Source of the DNA: Cetorhinus maximus
Lineage: Eukaryota
Length of the DNA stretch: 64,000 nucleotides
NCBI RefSeq assembly: GCF_964194155.1
Contig: NC_135890.1
Location: forward strand, 39,990,001-40,054,000
Direction of reading: 5' to 3'
Position numbers and translations under genes: made by a program. Of the stretch, positions 63,639 through 64,000 are shown one piece after another; position 1 is the stretch's first letter; each line of letters starts with the position of its first letter. The notes under the pieces were generated by a model, which saw only the letters and a program-made list of their open reading frames with translations, had not been told where the DNA came from and did no database searches.

Positions 63639-64000
63639 GTAAGATTCTGATGATTTTTTTTTTGTTAAATGTGATTGCAATTAGGTAACATCAATTAACA
63701 ATGAATTCCTCATCATTTGTTAAACTTCCACATAAAAAGAATTGGCATCATTCTTTGGCTCAAATTTTATTGGATGCTCTATCAAGAAATTAGTACCTTG
63801 GAGGATGGGTCACACAATTTTTTGTGCATATAAGGCCTTGACCTGGCACATGCTCACTCAGTTTTCTCCTGTAATTGGCAGGAAAACTAAAGCGTTTTTG
63901 TCAATCTTGGAACTGTTCCTTTGGGAAGAAGACTAGATTTTCTACTTCTAAACAAGGATGATTATGTTCGATGGTGTTAGTTCCTAGTTGGGCAGGACTC

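Noticed and set aside
63435-63650. ORF with polyproline N-terminus (MSFPPPPP...)
   Set aside because: The prolines come from an intronic poly-C run read in frame with COG5 exon 9; the real exon starts at 63529.

Overview
This is eukaryotic genomic DNA, most likely from a cartilaginous fish (shark), judged by its repeat families. It contains the DUS4L-COG5-GPR22 block known from human 7q22. Four 5' coding exons of DUS4L lie on the minus strand, head-to-head with COG5 across a CpG-rich promoter carrying tandem CCAAT boxes. COG5 exons 1-9 lie on the plus strand, and the single-coding-exon orphan GPCR GPR22 is nested antisense in COG5 intron 6. Introns are filled with CR1, L2, RTE and Penelope-like retroelements, tRNA-derived SINEs, probable solo LTRs and non-autonomous DNA transposons. 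The most striking signal is a very young, short Penelope-derived family with three near-identical insertions and 12-15 bp TSDs. It carries a minimal, dimer-type hammerhead motif with a non-canonical C6 core. It has produced a perfect 196 bp palindrome and a twin-priming-like inversion, and several insertions end at the 5' edge of the hammerhead. Other oddities are a frameshift removing the conserved GPR22 C-terminal tail, a GC-AG intron in COG5, and a tRNA-headed LINE/SINE pair sharing both ends. All calls come from reading the sequence and recalling homologues; no searches were run.
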